From Elusimicrobiota bacterium (GTDB lineage Bacteria; Elusimicrobiota; Elusimicrobia; F11), in NCBI GenBank assembly GCA_044221725.1, contig JBGAON010000003.1, positions 96,001 to 160,000 on the forward strand: a stretch of DNA of 64,000 bases. The letters run 5' to 3'. Below are positions 1 to 9,359 of the stretch, piece after piece. The translations under genes and the position numbers were made by a program. Each line of letters opens with the position of its first letter. The stretch's first letter is position 1. Under the pieces are notes generated by a model, which searched no databases, was not told where the DNA came from, and saw only the letters and a program-made list of their open reading frames with translations.

Positions 1-1
1 T

Positions 2-688
2 GGTCTTTATTTCGAAGCGATCAAAGAGCCGGTAGCGCTCGCAGCGATTCGCTTGACGCTGCTCGTGTCATTGATCGTGTTGCCGCTCAATATTATTTTC
101 GGAGTAGCGTCGGCATGGGCGGTCTCGCGATTTCAATTTCGAGGCAAGGCGCTTCTCATCACCCTCATTGATTTGCCGTTCTCGGTTTCGCCGGTCATCT
201 CAGGAATGATTTTCGTTCTGTTGTTCGGTTCGCGCGGATGGTTCGGGCCGTGGCTGCTTAATTACGGTGTAAAGATTATTTTCGCGGTGCCCGGTATTGT
301 TCTTGCGACGTGGTTTGTCACGTTTCCGTTTGTGGCGCGCGAACTCATCCCTTTGATGCAGGCACAGGGACAAGATGAGGAATTGGCCGCGTTTGTGCTC
401 GGTGCGAACGGATGGCAGATTTTTCGACGCGTGACGCTACCGAACATTAAGTGGGGACTTCTGTACGGTATTATTCTCTGCAACGCGCGGGCGATGGGAG
501 AATTTGGGGCCGTGTCGGTGGTGTCCGGTCACATTCGCGGTCTCACGAACACAATTCCGCTGCACGTGGAAATTCTCTACAACGAATACAATTTCGTCGC
601 TTCGTTCGCTGTTGCGTCGTTGCTCGCGCTTTTATCGGTGGTGACGCTTGTGGTAAAAGCGATTATCGAACACCGATCAAACACATGA
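2..688 (+). CDS. cysW: Sulfate ABC transporter permease CysW, 5'-truncated by the window edge
   Basis: Frame open from position 2; motifs [14 protein letters not shown] and [21 protein letters not shown] overlap with cysA. Confidence 0.95.
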   Translation, partial: GLYFEAIKEPVALAAIRLTLLVSLIVLPLNIIFGVASAWAVSRFQFRGKALLITLIDLPFSVSPVISGMIFVLLFGSRGWFGPWLLNYGVKIIFAVPGIVLATWFVTFPFVARELIPLMQAQGQDEELAAFVLGANGWQIFRRVTLPNIKWGLLYGIILCNARAMGEFGAVSVVSGHIRGLTNTIPLHVEILYNEYNFVASFAVASLLALLSVVTLVVKAIIEHRSNT

Positions 689-1722
689 GTATCTCCGTAA
701 AAAATCTAAACAAACGCTTTGGAAAATTGGCGGCCGTGGACGATGTCAGTTTTGACGTCGGCAGCGGATCGTTGGTCGCTTTGCTGGGGCCGAGCGGTTC
801 CGGTAAAAGCACGCTGTTGCGAATGATTGCGGGCCTTGAGATTCCGGATTCCGGCGAGGTGCGCGTGATCGGCGAAGAAACAACCGCTCGCAGCGCGCGC
901 GACCGAAATATTGGTTTTGTTTTTCAGCACTACGCTCTTTTCAAACACATGACCGTTTCCGAAAACATAGCGTTCGGATTGAAAGTGCGAAAAGTGCCGG
1001 CCGCGGAACAGAAAGCGCGCGTCGATGAATTAATTGGGCTTGTTTCGCTCGATGGTCTCGGTGGACGTTATCCGAATCAATTATCGGGCGGGCAACGTCA
1101 ACGTGTGGCGCTGGCGCGGGCGCTTGCGCCGAATCCAAAAGTCTTGTTGCTCGACGAGCCGTTTGGTGCGCTCGATGCGAAGGTGCGCGAAGAATTGCGC
1201 AGCTGGATCGTGCGTCTTCACGAACAAACGCACGTAACCACCATTTTCGTTACGCACGATCAGCACGAAGCGCTTGAGATTGCGAGCAAAGTGCTCGTGA
1301 TGAACCGCGGACGCGTCGAACAGAGCGGTACGCCGCTCGAGATATTTGACCAGCCGGCCACGCAATTTGTGGCGGAGTTTGTCGGCGAATCAAATTTTAT
1401 CGAGTCCACGGTGACCGAGCCGGAACTCGTGACATGGGGGCCGTTCCGTTTTACGGTGGTTGGTTACAAACTTGGCCAGCGCGTTCGAATATATTTTCGA
1501 CCGCACGACGTGTATGTGAGCTCGGTTCCAGAAACGTTGCAAGTAAAAGGCCGAATTGTGAAGATGCGTTTTCGCGGCCCGCAGATTGAGGTGTTGCTCG
1601 ACATTGGCGGCGAGAAACACATCATCGCCCACGTGCCGAAAGGTATCGTTCTTGCGAGCGGATTCGAAGTGGGGAAAGAAGTTCATATCGGTATTACCGC
1701 GTTTCAAGTTTTTGCTGTTTAG
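685..1722 (+). CDS. cysA: Sulfate/thiosulfate ABC transporter ATP-binding protein
   Basis: ATG at 685 overlaps the cysW stop; Walker [35 protein letters not shown]-terminal TOBE-like region. Confidence 0.95.
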   Translation: MSISVKNLNKRFGKLAAVDDVSFDVGSGSLVALLGPSGSGKSTLLRMIAGLEIPDSGEVRVIGEETTARSARDRNIGFVFQHYALFKHMTVSENIAFGLKVRKVPAAEQKARVDELIGLVSLDGLGGRYPNQLSGGQRQRVALARALAPNPKVLLLDEPFGALDAKVREELRSWIVRLHEQTHVTTIFVTHDQHEALEIASKVLVMNRGRVEQSGTPLEIFDQPATQFVAEFVGESNFIESTVTEPELVTWGPFRFTVVGYKLGQRVRIYFRPHDVYVSSVPETLQVKGRIVKMRFRGPQIEVLLDIGGEKHIIAHVPKGIVLASGFEVGKEVHIGITAFQVFAV

Positions 1723-1725
1723 AGA

Positions 1726-2577
1726 ATGAATCTTGTCCTGAGTCTCGTTTTCTGGGGCTCCGCCTTCCCCGGCATTCGCGCCGCGCTGCAAGGATACACA
1801 CCGGTAAAAATGGCCGTGTTTCGCTTCTTGATCGCGTCGGCCACGCTCGCCATCATCGCCATCTTTAAAGGCGTGCGCGTTCCCGCACGTCGGTTTCTTT
1901 GGCTCATTGCCATGGCCGCATTTTTTTCCATCCCCGGTTACCATGTGTGCCTGAATTTTGGAGAGAGCCACGTGACCGCAAGTTCGGCCAGCCTCATTCT
2001 TAGCACGATGCCGATTCTCACTATTTTTTGGTCGCGGCTTTTTCTTGGCGAGTCGTTTCACCCGGTCGCTTGGATTGGCGTGTTGCTCAGTTTCGTGGGG
2101 GCGGCGGTGATCGCGCTCGGTGAAGGCGGTGGCTTTCATTTTAATCCGTACGTCGGCTTTGTGTTTCTTTCCTCGGTCTGCGGAAGCGTCTACTCAACAA
2201 TGCAAAAGAAATTGCTCGAGAGCGTGCCGCTGTTCGATTTTAATTGCTTCGTAATTTGGTTGGGCACGCTATTTCTTTTGCCTTTCTCATCCGGATTGCT
2301 TAACCAAATAAGCGCTGCTTCGCCCGCGGCGACCGGCGCTGTGATTTACCTTGGAATATTCCCGGCCGCACTCACTTTTCTTCTGTGGGCGTCGGTGGTC
2401 AAAAGTATGCCGGTGTCACGCGCCGTAACGTTCTTGTATCTGATTCCGGTCGTGGCCACGGGGATCGGATGGTTTTGGATAAACGAGTTGCCGTCGTTGC
2501 TTTCGTTAGTCGGTGGAGCGCTCATTCTGTTGGGACTTGCGATCAGCCAGTTCATCATCAAGAAAGCCGTTTCCTAG
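1726..2577 (+). CDS. DMT/EamA family transporter
   Basis: About 10 hydrophobic segments in two repeats; N-terminal FWGSAFP; C-terminal E-x-P...GGALIL. Confidence 0.9.
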   Translation: MNLVLSLVFWGSAFPGIRAALQGYTPVKMAVFRFLIASATLAIIAIFKGVRVPARRFLWLIAMAAFFSIPGYHVCLNFGESHVTASSASLILSTMPILTIFWSRLFLGESFHPVAWIGVLLSFVGAAVIALGEGGGFHFNPYVGFVFLSSVCGSVYSTMQKKLLESVPLFDFNCFVIWLGTLFLLPFSSGLLNQISAASPAATGAVIYLGIFPAALTFLLWASVVKSMPVSRAVTFLYLIPVVATGIGWFWINELPSLLSLVGGALILLGLAISQFIIKKAVS

Positions 2578-2629
2578 CGAATCTTTCGATTCGCGAGTCG
2601 TAGTTGAATCAAACAAGGAGGAAACCTTT

Positions 2630-2800
2630 ATGAATCAACTTAAAACAGTTGCTTTGGTTCTGCTCGCGACCGCGGGAATGTTTGCATGCCAACCAAAGAC
2701 CACCGGGGAAAAAATCAAAGACAAAGCAGAAGACGCCCAACACGAAACCGGCCAAGCCATTGAACGCGCCGGCGATCGCGTCAAAGACGCTGGCAATTAA
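2630..2800 (+). CDS. Small lipoprotein (56 aa), CsbD/entericidin-like helical tail
   Basis: Strong SD AAGGAGG at 2615-2621; lipobox-like MFAC; tail KIKDKAEDA..GQAIERAGDRVKDA. Confidence 0.7.
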   Translation: MNQLKTVALVLLATAGMFACQPKTTGEKIKDKAEDAQHETGQAIERAGDRVKDAGN

Positions 2801-2804
2801 TACG

Positions 2805-5800
2805 CTAAAGCTGTTTGTGAAACGGGTCGGCACCGATGGTGCCGACCAATTTCTTTAAATAGTCCGCCTTTTCGGTTTCGGAGAGTTTGGATTTCGCGAT
2901 AGCCAAGCGATCGGCGAGGCTGAGTTGATTGACCGTTTCACTGTTGCCCGGTCGCGCACTAAATTCCTCGATGTAGGCGATGTGCTTTTTCCAAAGTTGA
3001 ATGTCGCGCTGTTGTTTGGTTTTTAGCCGTTCTTTGTACCAATCGCTCTTAAGCACCGCGTCGCGGCTGAACATTTTGCGGATCTCCGGATGATTGATGT
3101 CTTTGCCCTCGAATTTCCCTTTGGCCATGATGTGCAACAGCGCCCGCAGCGGCGGGCAGGCCGCATCAACGCTGCCGTCCTTAAAATAATTTTCGGCGAC
3201 CGATTTTTGCGTCGATACAATTTCGTGAACGCCGTCGGCGTACATGTCGATGTTTTGCTTTTCCGGTTTCAGCATTTCATCAGAGAAGACGGTATTCGGG
3301 CTTTCAAATAATCTGCCCAAGAAAATATCGACGAATCGAGACGTAATGCGGTACCCGAGGCGGCTCGCCTCTACCTTTTGGCCTTTGTGCTCAAAGTCTT
3401 CAATCTTCTCAAGAAATAAATTCTTGATAAGGAACTGCGGATCGCGTTCGGACACTTTCATGCGGGACCAAATTTCCGGAATCAGCATGCTGATATCATG
3501 ATCCACGCGGATGTTGGGACCGATATGACCCGCAGCGGTCGTAAATCCGGCGTATCCGGTAAAAATATAAGAGATAAGAGCGTTGTTCAGGTCCACCACT
3601 GGCCAAAGCGCGTTGAACGGACCCTTGGTTAGCGCTCCTTCGGATCCAAATCCGGTCGTCGACGGCGATTTACCGGTGAGACTCGAAATGAAGTCCATGA
3701 ACAATTCTGGAAGTTCCTGAAAATGGATGGGGTTGTACACGGCGAGCGGAGGAATTCCGAGCTTCAGATCGGGCGGATTGTTGCGGCGACCGGCGAGCAC
3801 CGAGTTCACAGGAAAATACACGGGCTTGTCCGCGGCGATTCCGCGCGACAAGCGCACACCGATTTCAGCCAGATAGGCGTCACGCGCGTTTACGCGGTCC
3901 GGGCGTTTCTGCAAGTAACGCGGATTTTTCGACGGCTTTCCGTCCACCAACCGAGCGTGCGCGGACGACACGACGTAGGCCGGTTTGTCGTCCTGAAGGA
4001 AACCGAGTAAGAGCTTTTTCATCGGTTCGCTGTAATCGTCGAAGTCCACAATGTTTTCAACAAGATCAATTACGTCCGGTCGGGTGAGCGGCTGCCAGTT
4101 CGATAAAAACGTGTTCGGATCGGACAAATCCGCTTCCGCTTGTTTGTCGTAGCCGCGGAACCTGGCGTCATCCGGGCGCTGAAACAAATAGGATTCGCAA
4201 TTCGTGACCAGTTTTACGCTCGGGTAATTTTCCTCCGGATAAAGATCGCTGAGCGCTTCTCGCGGCACGACGATGGACGCCGTGATATCGTCTTCGACTT
4301 GCACCTTTTCGGCGGGATTGAAATCGGGGCGGACTTTGTAGATACGCCAAGAGCCGTCCTTGTCGTGGCCCACCCGCAAATAGTTGGCCACGAGTTTTTG
4401 ATTTTCGTACTTGAGCTCGTGCCCAAGGAAACCATTAATACGGTCGACGCTAAAGTGTTCGCGCCAGTCGTTGGCCCATTCCACCTTGTAGTATCGCTTC
4501 ACGACAAAGATCAGTTGGCGAATGGTCTGTGGAATGGAGGCAAGCCACGTGTTGTACTCGTCTGTAAAATCCACCGATGGGGTAAAAAGTTTCACGACGG
4601 ATCCGAGCGAACGCTCCGGGCTCAGGATCGGGCGGTGACGGTAATTTTCCGGTGGATTTTTAAAACGGTGCGTGAAATCTTTTTTCAAAATCTCAGCGAC
4701 TTCGTCAAAGTCTTTCTGAAAATCGCGGACGAAAACAGGTCCCTGCAACATCGAATACGAAATGGATTTGGAAATCTCGGATTTACCGCCGCCCGAGACC
4801 GTGCAGGGTTTGTGGCAAAGCGTTCCCTCGGCAACGGTTCCAACGAGTCGCCAATATTGACCGCCAATCTGTCGCGCAATGTGAACCTTGTACCCCGACG
4901 GTAACACGTAGATTTCACCGGCCAACAGCTTACGTTTGCGCGTTTTGCCCGCTTGGTCCCACGTGAGCGTTCGCTGGCGAACATTGAACTTTGTGTTCTC
5001 AGGAACATAGACAATGCTCGGATATTTTCTGTCCGTGGCGTAACCGGTGGCTTTCAGATCAACACGGTCCTTCAGTAGTTGCATGGCGCCGTCAAACGAA
5101 CGTTTGTTTTGCGTCCAATTGATATCGGAATGAAATTCGCGTCCCAGAATGTAACTCGGAAACGCAATTGCGCCTCCCGAGTGCTCCTCTTCGGCCAGAC
5201 CAAACAAGTTCGCTGCAAAACTGATCTGCGTTTTCACCTCTTTTTTACAGTAACCGAAATAATTGTCCGCGATGAGTGTCACCATGACACCGCGCGCGTC
5301 CCGGCAAGTGGCCTTGAACGCCTCGCCACCGTTGTAAAGTTCATCTTCGGTTTTCCAGCACATGCCGTCGCGTTTCTGGCGTTCCGTGGCTTTTTCAAAC
5401 GGCGGAAGGCCAAGGTCTTTCTTTTTCAATTTGATGAGATGCGGCGCCAAAATCACGCAGCCGGTGTGCCCGGTCCATCCATCCACATCGAGTGCGGCAT
5501 CATTCTCAGGGAGGAATGGGTCGCCGCCGTTTCCAAAAATAGTTTCGACAAAATCAAGATTTCCAACGAGGTTGCCTGGAACGAAGAAGCGGATTTCCAT
5601 TGTTTTGTTGGTGGTGCCAGGGCCTGCGGCGGGGCAAACGAGCGGACGCATCAGGAGCGACACGAACAATTCGGCCTTTTGCTTCTGGGTGGCCGTGAAC
5701 GGCAGTTGCATGAGTTCGCTCGGAGGTTTAACGGCCGCCGCGAACAAATTCGCAAACACGTATTTGGGAAGCGCCAGTTTATCTTCCGGAATCGGGAATC

Positions 5801-6260
5801 CGCCTTCGGCAATATGGAACACGCCCTGCGTGGTTCGGCGATCGTGCTTGGGATTGTGAAGCACGCCCTGTTTCACACGGTAGGTTTTAACAATGTCGGA
5901 TTCGAAAATATCTTGGTCGGGTGGCAACGACAATGTGCGCGCCAAGCCCGGGCGATCAAGGATAAATGCGGCGGGAAGTCTGAGAGACGATGCGGCTGCC
6001 ACATCCTTTAAATAATCGTTCAGAAAGTCTTGGATACGGCGATCGACGGGGGGGGCGTAGTTGAGCAGCAGCCGATTTTTTTCTTGGTAATTGCGAAGGA
6101 ATGGTTTTGCAAGCTCGACAAAACCCGGATCGTCCTGCGCGCCGAACGTGGGTTGGCCCAACGCCGCAAGTTTTAAATTAATGTAGCGAACGAGACTGTC
6201 GTCGTTTAAATGAGAGGTGCCATTTTGAGAAAGTCCCTCGGCAACCGTTTGGGAATTCAT
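2805..6260 (-). CDS. Pyrophosphate-dependent phosphoenolpyruvate carboxykinase (PPi-type PEPCK), about 1151 aa
   Basis: Motifs HNPKHDRRTTQGVFH, DNYFGYCKKEVKTQIS, EEEHSGG, CHKPCTVSGGGKSEISK and GKSPSTTG; length fits the family; ATG at 6260 preceded by GGAG. Confidence 0.88.
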   Translation of the reverse strand: MNSQTVAEGLSQNGTSHLNDDSLVRYINLKLAALGQPTFGAQDDPGFVELAKPFLRNYQEKNRLLLNYAPPVDRRIQDFLNDYLKDVAAASSLRLPAAFILDRPGLARTLSLPPDQDIFESDIVKTYRVKQGVLHNPKHDRRTTQGVFHIAEGGFPIPEDKLALPKYVFANLFAAAVKPPSELMQLPFTATQKQKAELFVSLLMRPLVCPAAGPGTTNKTMEIRFFVPGNLVGNLDFVETIFGNGGDPFLPENDAALDVDGWTGHTGCVILAPHLIKLKKKDLGLPPFEKATERQKRDGMCWKTEDELYNGGEAFKATCRDARGVMVTLIADNYFGYCKKEVKTQISFAANLFGLAEEEHSGGAIAFPSYILGREFHSDINWTQNKRSFDGAMQLLKDRVDLKATGYATDRKYPSIVYVPENTKFNVRQRTLTWDQAGKTRKRKLLAGEIYVLPSGYKVHIARQIGGQYWRLVGTVAEGTLCHKPCTVSGGGKSEISKSISYSMLQGPVFVRDFQKDFDEVAEILKKDFTHRFKNPPENYRHRPILSPERSLGSVVKLFTPSVDFTDEYNTWLASIPQTIRQLIFVVKRYYKVEWANDWREHFSVDRINGFLGHELKYENQKLVANYLRVGHDKDGSWRIYKVRPDFNPAEKVQVEDDITASIVVPREALSDLYPEENYPSVKLVTNCESYLFQRPDDARFRGYDKQAEADLSDPNTFLSNWQPLTRPDVIDLVENIVDFDDYSEPMKKLLLGFLQDDKPAYVVSSAHARLVDGKPSKNPRYLQKRPDRVNARDAYLAEIGVRLSRGIAADKPVYFPVNSVLAGRRNNPPDLKLGIPPLAVYNPIHFQELPELFMDFISSLTGKSPSTTGFGSEGALTKGPFNALWPVVDLNNALISYIFTGYAGFTTAAGHIGPNIRVDHDISMLIPEIWSRMKVSERDPQFLIKNLFLEKIEDFEHKGQKVEASRLGYRITSRFVDIFLGRLFESPNTVFSDEMLKPEKQNIDMYADGVHEIVSTQKSVAENYFKDGSVDAACPPLRALLHIMAKGKFEGKDINHPEIRKMFSRDAVLKSDWYKERLKTKQQRDIQLWKKHIAYIEEFSARPGNSETVNQLSLADRLAIAKSKLSETEKADYLKKLVGTIGADPFHKQL

Positions 6261-6328
6261 ATCTGCTCCAGAAGTTTTTTGTTCCGCCGGGCGCCGTTGC
6301 TCGTGGAAGGAAGTGAATTGTACTTTTT

Positions 6329-7441
6329 TTATTTCGTGTTTTCGCGGGCGAGATCCCACCGGTACTGTAGGAACTTGTTCCATTCCTTGTACGTATCGAA
6401 CAAGTCGCCCGGAGGAAATGTCTCGATCATGCCGAAAACCATTTCGCTTTGATTGGGATCGATGCATTCAAGCGCAAACCGATAACCTGCCGCCGACTCT
6501 TGAATCTTTGTTCGCACGGTTAGAATGCCGGGGCCCGGATGATTCGTGAGAAATTCAGGATCTTCGATAATGCTGTACGCCTCATCGCGCAGTTTAAGTT
6601 CCAGTTCTTTGCGCTCGCCCGCCGTCAAGTGGGGGCGGCCTTCCAATAGCGGGCGCGCCAAATAAAAATGTTTGTAATTCGTGACCCGAAATTGCGGGGC
6701 CCGGTAAACGAGCACATTTTTGTTTTCGGAATCCACGGCATAGGAGCTCGTGGACGGACGAAATGAGAACCGATCCTCTTGAGCGGCTTCGGCGTTGCTC
6801 TTCTTGGCGCGGTCCAAGAGCCCACTGAGAAAAGTGGACCAATCGGTAAAAGCGGATTCGATGTTGGGGATCAGGTCGGAATTCTCATACGCCTTGTAAA
6901 TATCTCCGGGATAGAGCGTGGTGATCGCAAAAATTCGTTCGTCCGATTGCGCGTCGTGGCAGTCCAATTCAAATTTGGATCCTTTCAGCAGTGTGTCGGC
7001 TCGAAATGTTCGGTTGCCTTGTTTGTTCGTGTACCAGACATACGGTTTGATATCGATCACGGCGTACTCCATTCGCAGCACGCCGGGGCCCGGTTCGTCC
7101 ACAATCTGATAATGCTTTGAAACAACCGAGACGAGCTTCTGGCGTAGATTTTCCGACAGCGCGTCGTATTTCGGTCGATCCTCATCGCGTATCTTTTTCT
7201 GAGGGTTGTCATAGATCGACACAGGCATGATCAGGAATTTGTCGTAATCGATGACCCGTGTCGTCGGGTGCCGGAAAACCAGGGTCTCGGCTTTGAAATC
7301 GACTTTCTGAAAGTCTGTGTAATCGCCGAAGAAGCGGGAGTTCCTTGGCTGTTCGTGCAGCACGCAACTTGAAAGTGCCAGTGCCGAAATAAAACTCAAT
7401 TTGGTTAGTAGATTTCTTTTCAGCGGTTGTCGGATTCCCAT
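6329..7441 (-). CDS. Lipoprotein with DUF3313-like domain and a second degenerate copy
   Basis: Lipobox LSSC; YDKFLIMPV, PGPGVLR and ELDCHDAQS motifs echoed in the C-terminal third. Confidence 0.7.
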   Translation of the reverse strand: MGIRQPLKRNLLTKLSFISALALSSCVLHEQPRNSRFFGDYTDFQKVDFKAETLVFRHPTTRVIDYDKFLIMPVSIYDNPQKKIRDEDRPKYDALSENLRQKLVSVVSKHYQIVDEPGPGVLRMEYAVIDIKPYVWYTNKQGNRTFRADTLLKGSKFELDCHDAQSDERIFAITTLYPGDIYKAYENSDLIPNIESAFTDWSTFLSGLLDRAKKSNAEAAQEDRFSFRPSTSSYAVDSENKNVLVYRAPQFRVTNYKHFYLARPLLEGRPHLTAGERKELELKLRDEAYSIIEDPEFLTNHPGPGILTVRTKIQESAAGYRFALECIDPNQSEMVFGMIETFPPGDLFDTYKEWNKFLQYRWDLARENTK

Positions 7442-7482
7442 GCCCTGAAGTCTAAGGAAAAATATGTACAATCGCCACCCTT

Positions 7483-7899
7483 ATGGACCGATTCCTCCGT
7501 GCTCTCGTTAAATATTCCGCCATTGTCGTGATCTTCGCGATCATTGGGTTTGGCTTGTGGTTTTGGGGAGCGCTGAAATACATTTACTCTTCTGGTGAAC
7601 GTGCGGGTTACGTCCAAAAATTCTCGAAACGCGGTTGGATGTTTAAGACCTGGGAAGGCGAGTTGGCCATGGTCAATTTGCCCGGCGCCATGCCCGAAAA
7701 ATTTGATTTTAGTGTCGTTGATGAAACCGTCGCAGAACGTTTGTCCGGTACGATGGGTCAGCGCGTTGTCTTAAAATACGAGCAGCATCGTTACATCCCC
7801 TTGCCAATATTCGCCGAAACCGAATATTTTGTAACCGACATTTTGCCTGTTCAGGAGGCTGCGGCCCCTCAGCCGTTGCCGGTTGCAACAGAGAAGTAA
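7483..7899 (+). CDS. Conserved membrane-anchored hypothetical protein
   Basis: N-terminal TM, then the recurring motif YSxGERAGxxQKFSxxGWxFKTWEGEL. Confidence 0.75.
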   Translation: MDRFLRALVKYSAIVVIFAIIGFGLWFWGALKYIYSSGERAGYVQKFSKRGWMFKTWEGELAMVNLPGAMPEKFDFSVVDETVAERLSGTMGQRVVLKYEQHRYIPLPIFAETEYFVTDILPVQEAAAPQPLPVATEK

Positions 7900-7945
7900 T
7901 TTACCTGTTCCTTTTCCTTGCCTGACCTAATCTTCGGAGGTATTC

Positions 7946-8353
7946 ATGTTTAAAGAATTCAAGCAGTTCGTTATGCGCGGCAATGTTGTTGATTTGGCCG
8001 TCGGTGTGATTATTGGAAGCGCCTTTGGGAAAATAGTGACGTCGTTGGTAAACGACATTCTTATGCCGCCGATAGGTGCGTTGCTAGGAAGCGTTGATTT
8101 CACTGATTTGAAAGTCGTTATCAAGCAGGCTTCCGATGGAGCCAAGCCTGTCACGATAAATTACGGGATCTTCATTAACACGGTTCTTGATTTTCTAATT
8201 GTTGCTTTTTGTGTGTTTATGGTCATCAAATTCCTGCAGGGCCTCAAAAAGAAGGAGCAGCCGGCTGCTGCCACCACGAAGCAGTGTCCTGAATGTTTTT
8301 CGAACATCGCCATCGCTGCAAAGCGTTGCGCGTTTTGCACGTCGCAGCTGTAA
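7946..8353 (+). CDS. mscL: Large-conductance mechanosensitive channel with C-terminal zinc ribbon
   Basis: [31 protein letters not shown]-terminal CPEC...RCAFC. Confidence 0.97.
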   Translation: MFKEFKQFVMRGNVVDLAVGVIIGSAFGKIVTSLVNDILMPPIGALLGSVDFTDLKVVIKQASDGAKPVTINYGIFINTVLDFLIVAFCVFMVIKFLQGLKKKEQPAAATTKQCPECFSNIAIAAKRCAFCTSQL

Positions 8354-8385
8354 GCGGTTACTCATATAAATAATAAGGAGTTGTT

Positions 8386-9120
8386 ATGAAGTCTCGGTTA
8401 GTGATTGGATTTACATTGATTTCGATGGTTGCGCCCGTCTTGCGCGCCGAAGATGCGCCAGCGGCGCCCAAAAAGCCGTGGAAAAGTGTAACGGAATTGT
8501 CCGTCGTGAGCTCGAACGGAAACACGAAATCCCAAAGTGCTGCTGGAAAAGAAACATTCACCTACGATTGGTCAAAAACGACCATGGAGTTGATTGGCGC
8601 GGGTTACAGTGCCAAGGACAAGGGTTCAAATACGGCGGAGCGTTACTTGGCGAGCGAAAAGCTTTCTTACAAATTGAGCGATCGCAATTATGCGTTTGAA
8701 AAATTCGAATGGAGCAAGGACCGGTTTTCGGGAATTCAGAATCGATACGACAGTACGGCCGGCTTCGGGCGAGATTTGGTGAAATCGAAGAAAAATTTGT
8801 TGCTCGCCGAGTTGGGTGGCGGTTATTTAAAAGAAGAGAGGATTTCGGAGGAAGACAAAGGATTCGCGACGGGGCGTGCCTATTCAAAGTATGTGCGCAC
8901 GTTATCTGAGACGTCCAATTTCAGCCAGGATGCCGAGTATGTTCAGAGCTTTGATGACTCCGAGGATTTTCGTGTGAAGACCGAGTCGTCGGTTACGGCC
9001 GCGATTGATTCTCATTTTGCATTGAAGTTGAGCTACATTTGGCGGCATTCGCAGAAGCCTCCAACCGGGTTTGGGCGCAACGACACGATTCTCACGGTTG
9101 CCTTGGTGGGCACCTACTAA
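8386..9120 (+). CDS. DUF481/YdiY-like outer-membrane beta-barrel
   Basis: Signal peptide; SNGNT motif; DRFSGI..RY; amphipathic strands; terminal aromatic residue (Y). Confidence 0.8.
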   Translation: MKSRLVIGFTLISMVAPVLRAEDAPAAPKKPWKSVTELSVVSSNGNTKSQSAAGKETFTYDWSKTTMELIGAGYSAKDKGSNTAERYLASEKLSYKLSDRNYAFEKFEWSKDRFSGIQNRYDSTAGFGRDLVKSKKNLLLAELGGGYLKEERISEEDKGFATGRAYSKYVRTLSETSNFSQDAEYVQSFDDSEDFRVKTESSVTAAIDSHFALKLSYIWRHSQKPPTGFGRNDTILTVALVGTY

Positions 9121-9144
9121 AGCTGTCTTAATTGCACCGAATTG

Positions 9145-9176
9145 AAAAAGGGTCTCGGGCGCCCGAGGCCCTTTTT
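9145..9176. terminator. Intrinsic terminator, probably bidirectional
   Basis: AAAAAGGGTCTCGGG-CG-CCCGAGGCCCTTTTT hairpin flanked by A and T tracts after the 8386-9120 gene. Confidence 0.85.
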
Positions 9177-9187
9177 ATTGCCTTTTA

Positions 9188-9206
9188 ATTGAAATAGTAT
9201 TTCAAT
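9188..9206. promoter_or_regulatory. Fur-family operator (perfect 9-1-9 palindrome) next to a sigma70 -35 element
   Basis: ATTGAAATA-G-TATTTCAAT, with TTGACA at 9213-9218; precedes metal-related genes and dps. Confidence 0.7.
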
Positions 9207-9359
9207 AAGTTATTGACACGTGGTGGCCACATTTTCTATATGGCATGCGGCCGTGAGCAGCGCATGGATATTTTCTCCTGTGTTGATCGCCCGCTGCCGG
9301 AGGGGAACAGCCACCCCTCCGGTTATAATTTGAAAAATTAAATCATTAAGGAGATATTA

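Noticed and set aside
451..684. N-terminal extension of the 423-aa cysA ORF
   Set aside because: Overlaps cysW out of frame; the ATG at 685 in an ATGA overlap gives a normal CysA start.
4140..6011. Long plus-strand ORFs (254 and 310 aa) inside PEPCK
   Set aside because: Antisense shadows of a conserved gene with no motifs; the same applies to ORFs such as 1390-2139, 14055-14792 and 20895-21689.
6261..6467. Extra 69 N-terminal residues on the PEPCK ORF
   Set aside because: Overlaps the upstream lipoprotein gene; the ATG at 6260 has an SD and gives the family-typical length.
9240..9341. 33-aa uORF MACGREQRMDIFSC... in the 9360 leader
   Set aside because: Its start overlaps the presumed -10 region and it has no SD or recognisable motif; not supportable as a CDS.
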